This document shows, piece by piece, positions 11,185 to 21,117 of a stretch of 64,000 nt of DNA; position 1 is the first letter of the stretch; every line of letters begins with the position of its first letter. A program made the translations under genes and the position numbers. The stretch comes from Planctomycetota bacterium (GTDB lineage: Bacteria > Planctomycetota > PLA2 > JAEUHO01). Location: positions 96,001 to 160,000 of the forward strand of contig JBFWRP010000007.1 of assembly GCA_050248855.1 (NCBI GenBank). The letters run 5' to 3'. Below the pieces are notes generated by a model. It saw nothing but the letters and a program-made list of their open reading frames with translations. It was not told where the DNA came from and ran no database searches.

Positions 11185-12153
11185 TCAGGTCCGCGCGAGG
11201 ACCAGCCACGCCAGGAACGGCGCGCCCAGGAGGGCCGTCACCACGCCCAACGGCAGGACCTCGGGCGCCACGGCGGTGCGGGCCAGCGCGTCGGCCAGCA
11301 CGAGGAGCCCGGCACCCAGCAAGGCGGACGCCGGCAGCACGCGCCGATGGCTCGTCCCGACCACGCCGCGGGCGAGGTGGGGAACGACGAGTCCCACGAA
11401 GCCGACGAGGCCCGCCACGGCCACCGTGGAGGCGGCCAGGAGACAGGCCGTGCCGCCGAGCCAGGCCAGGGCCCGCGGCACGGCCACGCCCCCGAACCAC
11501 GCGGCCTCGTCGCCCAGGGTCATCACGTCCAGGGCGCGAGCTCGCGACCCGGCGAGCGCGCCCCCCACCACGAACACGCCCGCGACAAAGGCGATGTCCC
11601 CCCACGTGGCCAGCCCCAAGTCGCCGAGCATCCACCGCACCACGACATGCCAGTCGCTCACCGCGGCATGGAGCAGCAGCGTCGCGACGGCGTGCACGAA
11701 CGCCCCCACCGCGATGCCGGCCAGCAGCACGCTCGCCGTCGGCGATCGCACGCTGCGCCGCGCCACGGAGAAGATCAGGGCGCCGACGGCCAGCGCGCCG
11801 AGGAACGCAGCACCCCCCCGCAGGCCGGCGGGAGGCAGCGCCGACACGCCCGTGGCGACGGCCGCCACCGTGACGCCCAACAACGCACCGGGGCCGACGC
11901 CCAGCAAGTACGGTTCGGCCAGGGCGTTGCGCAGCAACGCCTGGAACAGGGCGCCCGCCACGGCCAGCGACGCCCCGACCACCAAGCCGGCTGCGACGCG
12001 CGGCAGCCGCACGGTCTCGACGATGCGATCGCCCTCCCCGCCCGTCAGCGAGGCGAGCACGTCGCCAGGCGACACGAACACCGGGCCGACGCCCACGCCG
12101 AGTACCGCGGCGGCGACCACGAAGCTGCCGAGCAGGAGGAAGCGCAGCTTCAC
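11185..12153 (-). CDS. FecCD/BtuC-family ABC transporter permease
   Basis: RLPRV, FQALLRNALAEPYLLGV, GLVGFVGLVVPHLAR, LVLADALAR, GAPF motifs; GTG start overlaps the upstream stop. Confidence 0.93.
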   Translation of the reverse strand: MKLRFLLLGSFVVAAAVLGVGVGPVFVSPGDVLASLTGGEGDRIVETVRLPRVAAGLVVGASLAVAGALFQALLRNALAEPYLLGVGPGALLGVTVAAVATGVSALPPAGLRGGAAFLGALAVGALIFSVARRSVRSPTASVLLAGIAVGAFVHAVATLLLHAAVSDWHVVVRWMLGDLGLATWGDIAFVAGVFVVGGALAGSRARALDVMTLGDEAAWFGGVAVPRALAWLGGTACLLAASTVAVAGLVGFVGLVVPHLARGVVGTSHRRVLPASALLGAGLLVLADALARTAVAPEVLPLGVVTALLGAPFLAWLVLART

Positions 12154-13142
12154 CGCGCTTCGTCCTCGGCAGGCTCGTCGGCCCCGAGGCCGAGCATGCG
12201 CCGGGCCAGCAAGGCGGTGGCCTCGAGGATGCGCGGGCCCCCCCGCGCGAAGGCATCGACACCGACGACGGGCAGGACGCGCCCTTCGCGCAAGGCCGGC
12301 GACCCCGCAAGCAGCGTCTCCAGGCGTCGCGGCATCGGGCCGCTCGGCCCGAGGACCCAGTCCGGGCTGCGCTCCACGGCCAGCTCGTCGCTGAACACGC
12401 CCGACGCGTCGCTCGGGAGGTCGCACGCCACGTTGACGGCGCCGAGCGTGGCCAGCACGTCGTCGAGCAGCGATCCCGGTCCCAGCGCGAACAGGGGCTC
12501 CCACTGGCCGACGAGCAGCACACGCGGCGCCGGGGTTCGCCAGTGCGCCGCCGCGGCCTGCTGCAGCTCGACACGGCGCACGTTCCAGGCGCGGGCGGCC
12601 TCGCGCGCCCGCTCGTCGTCGAGCACTTCGGCCAGCAACGAGAAGCTGGCCCCGAGCTGGCCCAGCGAACGGCTCGTCTCGAGCAGCAGGACGTGTGGCA
12701 CGTGGCGCAGGATGGCATCCAGGTCCTGGCGATGCAGCCGGCGGTCCAGGATCACGAGGTCAGGCTCGAGCGCCAGGAGCTCCTCCGCAGACAGCGGCTG
12801 CACGGAGACCACGGGCAGCACCGCCACGGTGGAGGGCGTGTCGCACCAGGTCGAGCGACCCACCAGCCGATCGAGCGCGCCCAGGTGGGCCAGCATCTCG
12901 GTGAGGCCCGGGAGCGTGCTCACGATGCGCTGCGGGGCCAAGCGCACGTCGAGGTCCAGCCCATCGCGGTAATGCACCGTGGCCGCCAACGCCGTACGCC
13001 GCTCGACGTGGGCGAAGGCCACGGAGTCGCCCGGCGTCCGCGGGGCGGCCAGACAGCGTCCCCCGGGGGCCCGCCCGATCAGCGCCGTCACCACCACGGC
13101 AAGACCGATCACGACCAGGGCGACAGGCACGAGGCGATGCAT
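12150..13142 (-). CDS. Periplasmic binding protein, helical-backbone metal receptor (BtuF-like)
   Basis: PQRIVSTLPGLTEML...LVGRS..CD..., E.LLALEPDL, GGPRI motifs; N-terminal hydrophobic anchor. Confidence 0.85.
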   Translation of the reverse strand: MHRLVPVALVVIGLAVVVTALIGRAPGGRCLAAPRTPGDSVAFAHVERRTALAATVHYRDGLDLDVRLAPQRIVSTLPGLTEMLAHLGALDRLVGRSTWCDTPSTVAVLPVVSVQPLSAEELLALEPDLVILDRRLHRQDLDAILRHVPHVLLLETSRSLGQLGASFSLLAEVLDDERAREAARAWNVRRVELQQAAAAHWRTPAPRVLLVGQWEPLFALGPGSLLDDVLATLGAVNVACDLPSDASGVFSDELAVERSPDWVLGPSGPMPRRLETLLAGSPALREGRVLPVVGVDAFARGGPRILEATALLARRMLGLGADEPAEDEAR

Positions 13143-13936
13143 CAGCGCGGGCCTCCGCGCGCCACGAGCAGGCGCGGGCGTTCGCCCGGCGACACGACGA
13201 CTTCCACGAGGGGGACACCGAGCCAGCCCTCGAGACGGTCGGCCGCGAGGACGTCGGCGGCGGGCCCGTCGGCCACGACGCGACCGCCCGCCAGCACCAG
13301 GACGCGATGGGCCCACGCCGCGGCCAAGTCCAGGTCGTGCATCACGGCGACGACGGCCCGACCGCGTTGGTCGCTCTCTTCGGCGAGCACGCGCGCGAGC
13401 TCCTCGCGCCGCGCCAGGTCCAGGTGTGCGGTGGCTTCGTCGACGAGCAGCACGGCCGCATCCTGGGCCAGGGCGCGGGCGAGCGTCACGCGTTGCCGCT
13501 CGCCCGAGCTGAGCGTGGTGATGACGCGGTCCGCGAACGGGTCCAGCCCCGTGCGCGCGAGGGCCCGTGCGACCTGCTCGTCGTCCTCGGCGCGCGTGGC
13601 GCCCAGCCGTCCGCCCCAGGGGTGGCGCCCCAAAGCCACGACGTCGCGCACCCTCGCGGCGAACGGGGCCTCCTCCTCGGCCAGGACGGCGGCGATGCGG
13701 CGGGCCGCGGCGCGGCGCCCGACCCGTGCCAGCGGCACGCCGTCCAGGCGCACCTCGCCGGCCTCGGGCCGCGTCCAGCCCCCGGCCACGCGCAGCCACG
13801 TGGTCTTGCCCGCGCCGTTGGCCCCGAGCAGCGCGATGCGCTCGCCCGCGCGCACGCTGCCCCGCTCGACGCTCAAGCGCGGCCTCTCCACGGGGCCGAC
13901 GCGCACGCCCTCGAGCTCGAGCAGCGGCGCGCTCAC
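13142..13936 (-). CDS. ABC transporter ATP-binding protein (FecE/BtuD-like)
   Basis: Walker A GANGAGKT, signature LSSGERQRV, Walker B LLVDEAT, H-loop VMHDL. Confidence 0.93.
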   Translation of the reverse strand: MSAPLLELEGVRVGPVERPRLSVERGSVRAGERIALLGANGAGKTTWLRVAGGWTRPEAGEVRLDGVPLARVGRRAAARRIAAVLAEEEAPFAARVRDVVALGRHPWGGRLGATRAEDDEQVARALARTGLDPFADRVITTLSSGERQRVTLARALAQDAAVLLVDEATAHLDLARREELARVLAEESDQRGRAVVAVMHDLDLAAAWAHRVLVLAGGRVVADGPAADVLAADRLEGWLGVPLVEVVVSPGERPRLLVARGGPR

Positions 13937-14490
13937 GAGAGCCACCGCGGCCAGCGGCCGGCGACTTTGGCGTCCAAGCCCAGCACGCGGCCGGCTGCCA
14001 AGAAGGCTGCCGCGACCAGCAACACCACGAGCAGCCAGTTCGAGGTGTTGGGCGTGAAGATCCACGCGGCCTTGGCCAAGCCGAACACGGTCATCAACAG
14101 CGCCGCCAGCACGGCCACCAGTCGCGTGCCGAGGCCCAGGACCAAGAGCGCACCGAGCAGCAGCTCGGCCGCCAGCAGACTGCCGCAGACGAACCGCTCC
14201 CAGGAGGGCGTCCCCAGGGCGACGTCCTGCACGAACGAGGCGAACCCGTGCCACGGCACGCCGAAGATCCTGGGCGGGTCGAGCACCGCGTCCTCCACGA
14301 GCCGGTGGAAGTCGACGGTGCGGAAGTTCTCGATGTGCCCGCCGAGCGACGTGTCGGGGAGAAACGTGAGCTTGTAGATCGCTGAATCGAGCAACACGGC
14401 GCCCGGGAACACGCGGATCAGCACGAGCGCCAAGCGCTGCAGGAACGGATGCGGAGGCGGGGGACCCTTCCGCCGTGAGCGCGCGGCCAC
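13933..14490 (-). CDS. DoxX-family membrane protein
   Basis: LIRV.PG...K, ELLLGALLVLGLGTRL, AGRVLGLD motifs; four hydrophobic segments. Confidence 0.8.
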   Translation of the reverse strand: MAARSRRKGPPPPHPFLQRLALVLIRVFPGAVLLDSAIYKLTFLPDTSLGGHIENFRTVDFHRLVEDAVLDPPRIFGVPWHGFASFVQDVALGTPSWERFVCGSLLAAELLLGALLVLGLGTRLVAVLAALLMTVFGLAKAAWIFTPNTSNWLLVVLLVAAAFLAAGRVLGLDAKVAGRWPRWLS

Positions 14491-14502
14491 GTCAGCTCCG
14501 CC

Positions 14503-14886
14503 TCACCGCAACGCCTCGGGCGCCGGCTCGTCGGACGGCGGCCGAAGCAGCGGCCCACCGTAGTCCTTGCGCGCCAGGATCCCGTTCGCGTCGAACCACA
14601 GCACCAGCGGCCGGTTGTCGCCCGCCGGGTCCTTGACCCAGTAGGCCAGCCGGCGAACGCGGCCCGTCCGCGGGTCGCGCTCGACCTCGCGAACATCGGG
14701 GTGCTCACGCAACAACCACTCGCCGTCCACGCCCGGGTTCAGCGCCTGCATCGTGGCAAACGAAAGGCCCTCGTCGGTCGGCCCGGCGAACGAACCGCAG
14801 GCGGCCACGACGGGCAAGGCCAACAAGGCGGCCAGGAAGCGGACGGCGCGGCGCGGGCGGGCAGGTCGCATCGGCTGATCGTACAT
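14503..14886 (-). CDS. Small lipoprotein, possible SmpA/OmlA-like fold
   Basis: Lipobox VAAC; pattern LNPG...AYW...LVLWFDANG. Confidence 0.55.
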   Translation of the reverse strand: MYDQPMRPARPRRAVRFLAALLALPVVAACGSFAGPTDEGLSFATMQALNPGVDGEWLLREHPDVREVERDPRTGRVRRLAYWVKDPAGDNRPLVLWFDANGILARKDYGGPLLRPPSDEPAPEALR

Positions 14887-14903
14887 GCCGGTATCCTCGG
14901 GCG

Positions 14904-17024
14904 ATGCACGCCGACGGCGCGGCCCCCCTCGCGGGCGCACCCAACCAGTTCCGCGGGCTGACGCTGTTCCCGTTCCAGCAGCGCGCCCTCCAGGCGATCT
15001 TCGACGGTCATAGCGTGGTCGTGGCCGCGCCGACCGGCGCGGGCAAGACCCTGGTCGCGGACTACGCCATCGAGCGCGCGCTCGGCGCGGGTCGCCGCGT
15101 GGTCTACACGTCCCCGATCAAGGCCCTGAGCAACCAGAAGTTCCGTGACTTCCGCGAGGCCTACGGCGACGGCCGCGTCGGCCTCATGACGGGCGACGTG
15201 ACGATGCAGCCCGACGCGGCGCTGCTCATCATGACGACGGAGATCTTCCGCAACACGCTGTTCGAGGACCCGGCGCGGCTGGACGGGTTCGACTTCGTGA
15301 TCTTCGACGAGGTCCACTACCTGGACGACCGCGAGCGGGGCACGGTCTGGGAGGAAGCGATCATCTTCGCCCCCGACCACCTGCGGATCGTGGCGCTCTC
15401 GGCCACGATCCCCAACGTCGAGGCCCTCGCCGCGTGGATCGCCCGCGTGCGCGGCCACCACGTCGACGTCATCGTCGAAGAGGCGCGCCCGGTGCCCCTG
15501 GTGCACAAGCTCTGGGTGCCCGCCAAGGGCCCCCGCGCCCTGGACGAGGTCCGCAGGCACTACCGGGCCATCGGCCGCATCACGCCGGACGGACGCGCCG
15601 TGCGGGCGCGCGGTGGGCGCGGTGGCGGCCGCGGGCGGTCGCGGGCCCTGCAGGCACGGATCATGGACGAGGCCGGTGATGCCCTCGGCGACTACCTGGA
15701 GGAGCGCGACCTCCTGCCGGCCATCTGGTTCTGCTTCAGCCGCCGCGAGTGCGAGGGGCTGGCCCGTCATCACGCCGCGCGCCGCGAGCTGCTGAAGGGC
15801 GAGGACCGGCGGCGCATGCTGGACGCGTTCGACGACTTGGCCAGGCGCTACGAGTGCCAGGACTCTCCCTCCACGCGGGAGCTGCGCGGCTTGGCAGGAC
15901 GCGGCGTGCTGTTCCACCATGCGGGCATGCTGCCGATCGACAAGGAGATCGTGGAGCGGCTGTTCACCAGTGGCCGCGTGCAGCTGCTCTTCGCCACGGA
16001 GACCTTCGCGCTGGGCGTGAACATGCCCGCGCGCTCGGTCTGCTTCCAGTCGCTGCTCAAGTACGACGGGATCGCGTTCGGACCGCTCTTGGCGCGGCAG
16101 TACTGGCAGATGGCCGGCCGCGCCGGGCGGCAGGGCCTGGACGACCGCGGCCACGTGTTCGCCCTCCTCGATGACGGCGAAGTGGACTACGCCGTGCTCG
16201 AGCGGCTGCTCGACGGACGGACCGAGCCCGTGCGCAGCCGCTTCAACCTGAACTACGCCGCGATCTTGAGCCTCTACGGACGCATGGGCGACCGGGTGAT
16301 CGAAGCCTGGGAGCGCTCCTTCGCCCACGACCAGCAACGGCGCTGGGCAGCGGCTCGGCACGAGGGGAAGCCGCGCGACAAGCGCCGGAAGGGACGCAAG
16401 CACGAGGACCCGCTGGCGGCGGGGCCGCCCAAGCCGGCACGCGGGGGCGGCGCACGCCTCATCCGCTCGCGTCTCGACGTGCTCCGGGCGGCGCGCTACC
16501 TCGAAGACGGCGGTCTCACGCGCAAGGGCCGCCTCTGCGAACAGGTCAACGGCTACGAGATCGCCGTCACCGAGGCCATCGAGGGCGGGTTCCTCTTCCG
16601 CTGCGACGCCGTCCAGGCCGCGGTGCTCTTCGCCGCCATGGTCTACGAGTCACGTCCGTCGGATGCGTCGGCGCGCCCGGGGGTGGACTTGCGTGGGATC
16701 CGCGTGCCGTTCGAGGAGCGCATGGCCGCGTTCGCCACGCTCGAGGCCGACCACGGCATCCGTCACCCCACCCGGGGGCCGGACTTCGGGCTGGCGGCGC
16801 CAGTCGAGCGCTGGGCCCAGGGCGGCACGCTGGACGAGATGCTCGACCGCACGACGCTCGCCGCAGGCGACCTGGTGCGCGTGCTGCGGATGACGATCCA
16901 GCTGCTGCGCCAGGCCGCGCACGCGCTGCCGGCGGGCGACCCCAGCATCGGGGTCCTCCACGAGGCGCGCGCCCGCTTGGACCGCGACGTCGTCGATGCA
17001 CGTCGGCAGCTGGAGCTGGGGTAG
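14904..17024 (+). CDS. Ski2-like DEAD/DEAH-box RNA helicase (HelY-like)
   Basis: APTGAGKT, TSPIKALSNQK, DEVH, LSAT, ATETFALGVNMPA, QMAGRAGRQG; C-terminal DSHCT-like GDLVR.LR. Confidence 0.93.
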   Translation: MHADGAAPLAGAPNQFRGLTLFPFQQRALQAIFDGHSVVVAAPTGAGKTLVADYAIERALGAGRRVVYTSPIKALSNQKFRDFREAYGDGRVGLMTGDVTMQPDAALLIMTTEIFRNTLFEDPARLDGFDFVIFDEVHYLDDRERGTVWEEAIIFAPDHLRIVALSATIPNVEALAAWIARVRGHHVDVIVEEARPVPLVHKLWVPAKGPRALDEVRRHYRAIGRITPDGRAVRARGGRGGGRGRSRALQARIMDEAGDALGDYLEERDLLPAIWFCFSRRECEGLARHHAARRELLKGEDRRRMLDAFDDLARRYECQDSPSTRELRGLAGRGVLFHHAGMLPIDKEIVERLFTSGRVQLLFATETFALGVNMPARSVCFQSLLKYDGIAFGPLLARQYWQMAGRAGRQGLDDRGHVFALLDDGEVDYAVLERLLDGRTEPVRSRFNLNYAAILSLYGRMGDRVIEAWERSFAHDQQRRWAAARHEGKPRDKRRKGRKHEDPLAAGPPKPARGGGARLIRSRLDVLRAARYLEDGGLTRKGRLCEQVNGYEIAVTEAIEGGFLFRCDAVQAAVLFAAMVYESRPSDASARPGVDLRGIRVPFEERMAAFATLEADHGIRHPTRGPDFGLAAPVERWAQGGTLDEMLDRTTLAAGDLVRVLRMTIQLLRQAAHALPAGDPSIGVLHEARARLDRDVVDARRQLELG

Positions 17025-17053
17025 CCCCGGGGCGTTCCGCGTAGGATGCCGCG

Positions 17054-19084
17054 ATGAGCCCTGATCCCGCTCGTCGTCGCCCTGGTGGTCCCGCCTCCAC
17101 GCCTGCGTCCACGGGGGCCCGGCCCGCCCCCGTCAAGGCCAAGGCCGTCGCCGATCCGTGGATCGGCAAGGTCATCGCCCGCTGCAAGGTCCTCGAGCAG
17201 GTCGGCCTGGGCCGCACGGCGGTCGTGTACCGCGCCCACCACGAGGCGCTGCACCAAGACGTCGCCATCAAGGTGTTGCTGCCCGAGGCCGCGGCCAACG
17301 CCGAGCTCGTCGACCGCTTCCGGCGCGAGGGCCGCTGGATCGCCCAGATCGACAACGAGAACGTGCTCAAGATCCAGGACGTCGGCGTCGAGGAAGGGCG
17401 CCCGTTCATGGTCGTCGAGCTGCTCGAGGGCGAGGAGATCTACGACCTCGTGCAGCGCGAAGGGGCGCTCGACCTCACCGACGCCATGCGCATCCTGCGT
17501 CAGGCGGCTGCGGGCTTGGCCGGCATCCACGCTCGTGACGTGGTGCACCGCGACATCAAGCCGCAGAACCTCTTCCTCCTCGAAGACGGCACCGTCAAGG
17601 TCGTCGACTTCGGTCTTGCGGCCGAGGTGCCGGCGTCCAAGGAGCGCGTGGGCACGCCGCACTTCATGGCACCCGAGACGTGCTCGGACGGCACGTCCGG
17701 GCCTGCCAGCGACGTCTACAGCCTGGGCATCTCGCTCTACATGCTCCTGACGGGCACGGCTCCCTACGCGGGCAAGTCGGTACGCGAGCTCATGCAGGCG
17801 CACATCGACGCCGTGCCCTTGCGACCCGAGCGGCAGCGCCGCGACCTGCCTGCCCCCCTGGCCGACCTGCTGCGCGAGATGACGGCCAAGGACCCGGCCG
17901 CCCGCCCCACGGCGCAGGAGGTCGTGCGGCGGCTGGACGAGCTGGGCGGCGCGGCACTGCAGGAGAAGGGCACGCTGAAGGGGCGCCGCGGCCGTCGCAC
18001 GTCCCGCTCGCGCGCGGCCGTGAAGCGGCGCGAGCGGCAAGCAGCCAAGCAGGGCTCGGGCTCCCAGGTCGTCGTGATCGCCGTGATCGTGGCGGCGGTC
18101 GTGGGCGGCATCGCGTTCCTCGCCAAGGGAGGCGGCGACGAGGGCGAGCCGGGCGGCGCGTCCTCGGGCACCTCGTCCTCCTCCTCGACCTCGTCGACCG
18201 GCTCGAGCGGCACCCCGGGCACGACGCCCGGCTTCACGTCGACCGTCGAGGACCCGGCCGTGACGCGTGCGCGGGAGGAACGCGAGCGGGAGATCCGCGA
18301 GCGTGAAGCGGCCGTGGCCCTCGAGAAGGAGGCCGCCGACGCACTCACGCGTGCCGAGCAGTTCGCGCGTGACACGTGGCACGGACCGGCCGACACCCAG
18401 GTTGTGGTGGACCGCTTCCGCAAGGTGGCTCGCGATCACAAGGACACGGTGGCCGGCGCCAAGGCGAAGGAGCGCGCCCAGGGCATCGAAGCCGGCGAGG
18501 TCCACCCGCACCCGGATCGGACGTGGACGAGTGTCGACCAAGTCGCGGAGGTGCGCGCCGCGTGGCCCGAGAAGCGCGCCGAGCTCGCCGCCATGCTGGA
18601 GGAGGGCAAGTTCCGCGATGCACTCGCCGCGCTCCCGCCCGAGGTGCATGACGCGGCCGGCACGCTCGCTGCCGACGTGCGGTTCTGGCGCGACCACGTT
18701 CGTCGCCTCGTCTCGCTGCGCCGCCGCTTGGTCGACGCGGTCAACCGTCGTCATGGGACGGCCGAGCCGCTGACCTTCGAGGCGGATGGCGACGAGCTGA
18801 TCCTCGTCAAGATGCAGGAGGAAGGCGTGGACGTGCGCCGCGGGCTCAAGGCCGAACGGCTGCCGTGGTCCGCCGTCCCGGCCGCGGCGGTCCAGGACTG
18901 GGCGGTCGAGCTCCTCAACCAACAGGACGCCGAGGTGCTGCTCGAGGAGATGGCGTTTGCCCTGGTGCACCGCCTGGAGGATGCGTTCTGGTCGCGCGAG
19001 CTGGACCTCGGCTCCCACGACCGCGGCAACGACCTCGCCGCGATCCGCAAGAGCTACCGCGAGGCCTACGAGAAGGGCCAGTAG
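17054..19084 (+). CDS. Hanks-type Ser/Thr protein kinase with one TM helix and extracytoplasmic helical domain
   Basis: VAIK, HRDIKPQN, DFG, GTPHFMAPE, DVYSLG; TM VVVIAVIVAAVVGGIAFL; Ser/Thr-rich linker. Confidence 0.93.
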   Translation: MSPDPARRRPGGPASTPASTGARPAPVKAKAVADPWIGKVIARCKVLEQVGLGRTAVVYRAHHEALHQDVAIKVLLPEAAANAELVDRFRREGRWIAQIDNENVLKIQDVGVEEGRPFMVVELLEGEEIYDLVQREGALDLTDAMRILRQAAAGLAGIHARDVVHRDIKPQNLFLLEDGTVKVVDFGLAAEVPASKERVGTPHFMAPETCSDGTSGPASDVYSLGISLYMLLTGTAPYAGKSVRELMQAHIDAVPLRPERQRRDLPAPLADLLREMTAKDPAARPTAQEVVRRLDELGGAALQEKGTLKGRRGRRTSRSRAAVKRRERQAAKQGSGSQVVVIAVIVAAVVGGIAFLAKGGGDEGEPGGASSGTSSSSSTSSTGSSGTPGTTPGFTSTVEDPAVTRAREEREREIREREAAVALEKEAADALTRAEQFARDTWHGPADTQVVVDRFRKVARDHKDTVAGAKAKERAQGIEAGEVHPHPDRTWTSVDQVAEVRAAWPEKRAELAAMLEEGKFRDALAALPPEVHDAAGTLAADVRFWRDHVRRLVSLRRRLVDAVNRRHGTAEPLTFEADGDELILVKMQEEGVDVRRGLKAERLPWSAVPAAAVQDWAVELLNQQDAEVLLEEMAFALVHRLEDAFWSRELDLGSHDRGNDLAAIRKSYREAYEKGQ

Positions 19085-19108
19085 GCCGCGCGAAGGACAT
19101 GCCCTACC

Positions 19109-19480
19109 TTACGGCCGGTACCCCACGCAAGCCAGGGCCAGGGCCACGAGGTAGACGGCGACCGAGACGCGCGCGATGAGGGGGTGCCGCGGCCAGCGCT
19201 GCATGCCGCTCCAAGCGGTGAGCAGCAGCAGCGCCGTGGAGACGTAGGCCACGCGGCGATGCCACAGGACGACCTCGGTGAAGCGGTGGGGCACGCGCCA
19301 GCCCATGACGTAGGTCAGGGCCAGCACGACGAGGATCCCGCCCAGGGCCAGGAGGACGCCCGCGATGCCGAAGCGCTTGTGGCGGGGCGTGTCCTTGCGC
19401 ACCCGGTACGCCTGGGCGAAGCACACGGCCGCCGCGAACATGACGGCCAGGTAGGTCCAGAACAGGATCGCCGAGCCCAT
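19109..19480 (-). CDS. DUF420-like small membrane protein
   Basis: Four TM helices with His at helix starts (HKRF, HRRV, HPLI). Confidence 0.65.
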   Translation of the reverse strand: MGSAILFWTYLAVMFAAAVCFAQAYRVRKDTPRHKRFGIAGVLLALGGILVVLALTYVMGWRVPHRFTEVVLWHRRVAYVSTALLLLTAWSGMQRWPRHPLIARVSVAVYLVALALACVGYRP

Positions 19481-19601
19481 GGCGCGGGAGGATAGACGCT
19501 GGTCCTCGGGACCCGGCCAGCCGTCCGGGCCCCGACCGGGTCGCTCCCGGCGACGCGGCCGCCCGTCCGGCAACCCGGCGCGACCTCGGGGGCGGCGGGG
19601 G

Positions 19602-19629
19602 TTGACGGGACGGGCCGGTCCCGTACATT
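19602..19629 (+). promoter_or_regulatory. Sigma70-type promoter of tRNA-Gly
   Basis: TTGACG (19602-19607), 16-bp spacer, TACATT (19624-19629), 12 bp upstream of the tRNA. Confidence 0.7.
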
Positions 19630-19641
19630 CCCCCCCGCCTT

Positions 19642-19717
19642 GCGGCTGTAGCTCAATTGGTAGAGCACCAGCTTGCCATGCTGGTTGTTGTCGGTTCGAG
19701 TCCGATCAGCCGCTCCA
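19642..19717 (+). tRNA. tRNA-Gly (GCC)
   Basis: Acceptor GCGGCTG/CAGCCGC, D-arm GCTCAATTGGTAGAGC, anticodon arm CCAGC-TTGCCAT-GCTGG, T-loop GGTTCGAGTCC, encoded CCA; 76 nt. Confidence 0.98.
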
Positions 19718-19725
19718 TTCCCTTG

Positions 19726-19764
19726 ACGAGCCCCGTGGGCCTGACCGCCTCCGGGGCTCGTTTC
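19726..19764 (+). terminator. Probable intrinsic terminator after tRNA-Gly
   Basis: 10-bp stem ACGAGCCCCG/CGGGGCTCGT with a short T run. Confidence 0.6.
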
Positions 19765-19790
19765 GTCTCGCCGGCTCGCACGGAGGGCAT

Positions 19791-20174
19791 GTGTCCACGA
19801 ATCCGCCCTCTGGCCGACCGCCCACCCCGCTCGACGCCCCGCCGCTCGAGCTCCCCACGCGCCCGGCGGCCGACGAGCTCGTGACGGTCGGCGTCAGCGG
19901 CATCCATGGCACCGGGCTCTTTGCCGTACGGGACATCCCTGCCGACACGCCCCTCGGCGTGGCCGAGGGCGTGGCCACGCGCCGCAACGGCCCGCACGTG
20001 CTGTGGTACGACGACGAACGGGGTGTCCAGCGGGGCTTGGTCGTGACCAACGTGCTTCGCTACGCCAACCACGCGCGCCCCGGCAACGCGGCCTTCTACG
20101 GGCTCGAGATGTGGAGCACGGCGGCCATCCCCGCCGGCGCCGAGGTCACCCTGGACTACGGGACGGACTGGTAG
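19791..20174 (+). CDS. Minimal SET-domain protein
   Basis: SGIHGTGLFA, RYANH and EVTLDYG motifs; GGAGG RBS before GTG 19791. Confidence 0.85.
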   Translation: MSTNPPSGRPPTPLDAPPLELPTRPAADELVTVGVSGIHGTGLFAVRDIPADTPLGVAEGVATRRNGPHVLWYDDERGVQRGLVVTNVLRYANHARPGNAAFYGLEMWSTAAIPAGAEVTLDYGTDW

Positions 20175-20287
20175 TCCCCCTCGCTCGCACGGAAGTCGCG
20201 CCCGCCCTTGGTCGATGATGGAAGCGGGTAGGTGCCACGGCAGCGGGCCGCGGCGCCCCGGCGGGCAACGCGGCGGAGGCACCGGGC

Positions 20288-21076
20288 ATGGGCATCGGCC
20301 TCCTGCTGCTCGTCGCGATCGTGCAGGGCCTGACCGAGTTCCTGCCCGTCAGCTCGTCGGGCCATCTCGTGGCAGCGGCCGAGCTGTTCGACCTCGGGCT
20401 GACCGGCCGTGGGCGCGAGGCGTTCTTCGTCCTCCTGCACGGCGCCTCGCTGCTGGCCGTGCTGATCGGCTTGGCCCCCACGTGGCTCCGTCTGCTACGC
20501 GGTGGGGCTTGGAAGCGGACTGTCGGCCTCGCACTGCTCGGGAGCGTGCCGGCCGCGGCGGCGGGCTTGGGCCTGCGGGCCCTGGGCGCCACGGGGCTGT
20601 TCGAAAGCCTCGCGCTGGTCGCTTTCGGCTGGGGGGTGACCGCCGTCGTGCTGCGCGCAACGCGCGGCCGCAACGGAGGGACCGACCCGTTCCACGGCAC
20701 GTTCCCCACGGCGCTCGTGCTGCTGGTCGGTGCGGCGCAGGCCCTGGCGCTGGTTCCGGGCATCAGTCGCTCGGGGGCGACGATCGCGGCCGCGCTGCTC
20801 CTGGGGACGAAGCGGCGCGAGGCCTTCGAGCTGAGCTTCCTCCTCGCCATCCCCGCCATTGGCGGCGCGCTGCTGCTTGACGCCGGCGAGCTGGGGCACC
20901 TGCCGGAGGCGGCAGGCGGACTTCCCTTGGGCCTGGCGTTCGCCGCCGCGTTCGGCGTCAGCCTGGCCGCCCTCGTCCTGCTGCGCCGCGTCGTCGAGCG
21001 CGAACGCCTCCACGTCTTCGCGCCCTATTGCGCGCTGCTGGCGGTTGCGACAGCCGTGTACCTGCTCGTCGGGTGA
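20288..21076 (+). CDS. uppP: Undecaprenyl-diphosphate phosphatase
   Basis: VQGLTEFLPVSSSGH and PGISRSGATI signature motifs. Confidence 0.95.
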   Translation: MGIGLLLLVAIVQGLTEFLPVSSSGHLVAAAELFDLGLTGRGREAFFVLLHGASLLAVLIGLAPTWLRLLRGGAWKRTVGLALLGSVPAAAAGLGLRALGATGLFESLALVAFGWGVTAVVLRATRGRNGGTDPFHGTFPTALVLLVGAAQALALVPGISRSGATIAAALLLGTKRREAFELSFLLAIPAIGGALLLDAGELGHLPEAAGGLPLGLAFAAAFGVSLAALVLLRRVVERERLHVFAPYCALLAVATAVYLLVG

Positions 21077-21117
21077 GACGCGGCGCACGCAGCCAGTCGC
21101 AGTACCGCCGTACGCAG

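Noticed and set aside
19642..19717. tRNA-Gly as an integration site
   Set aside because: No integrase adjacent and no second copy of the tRNA 3' end noticed in the window.
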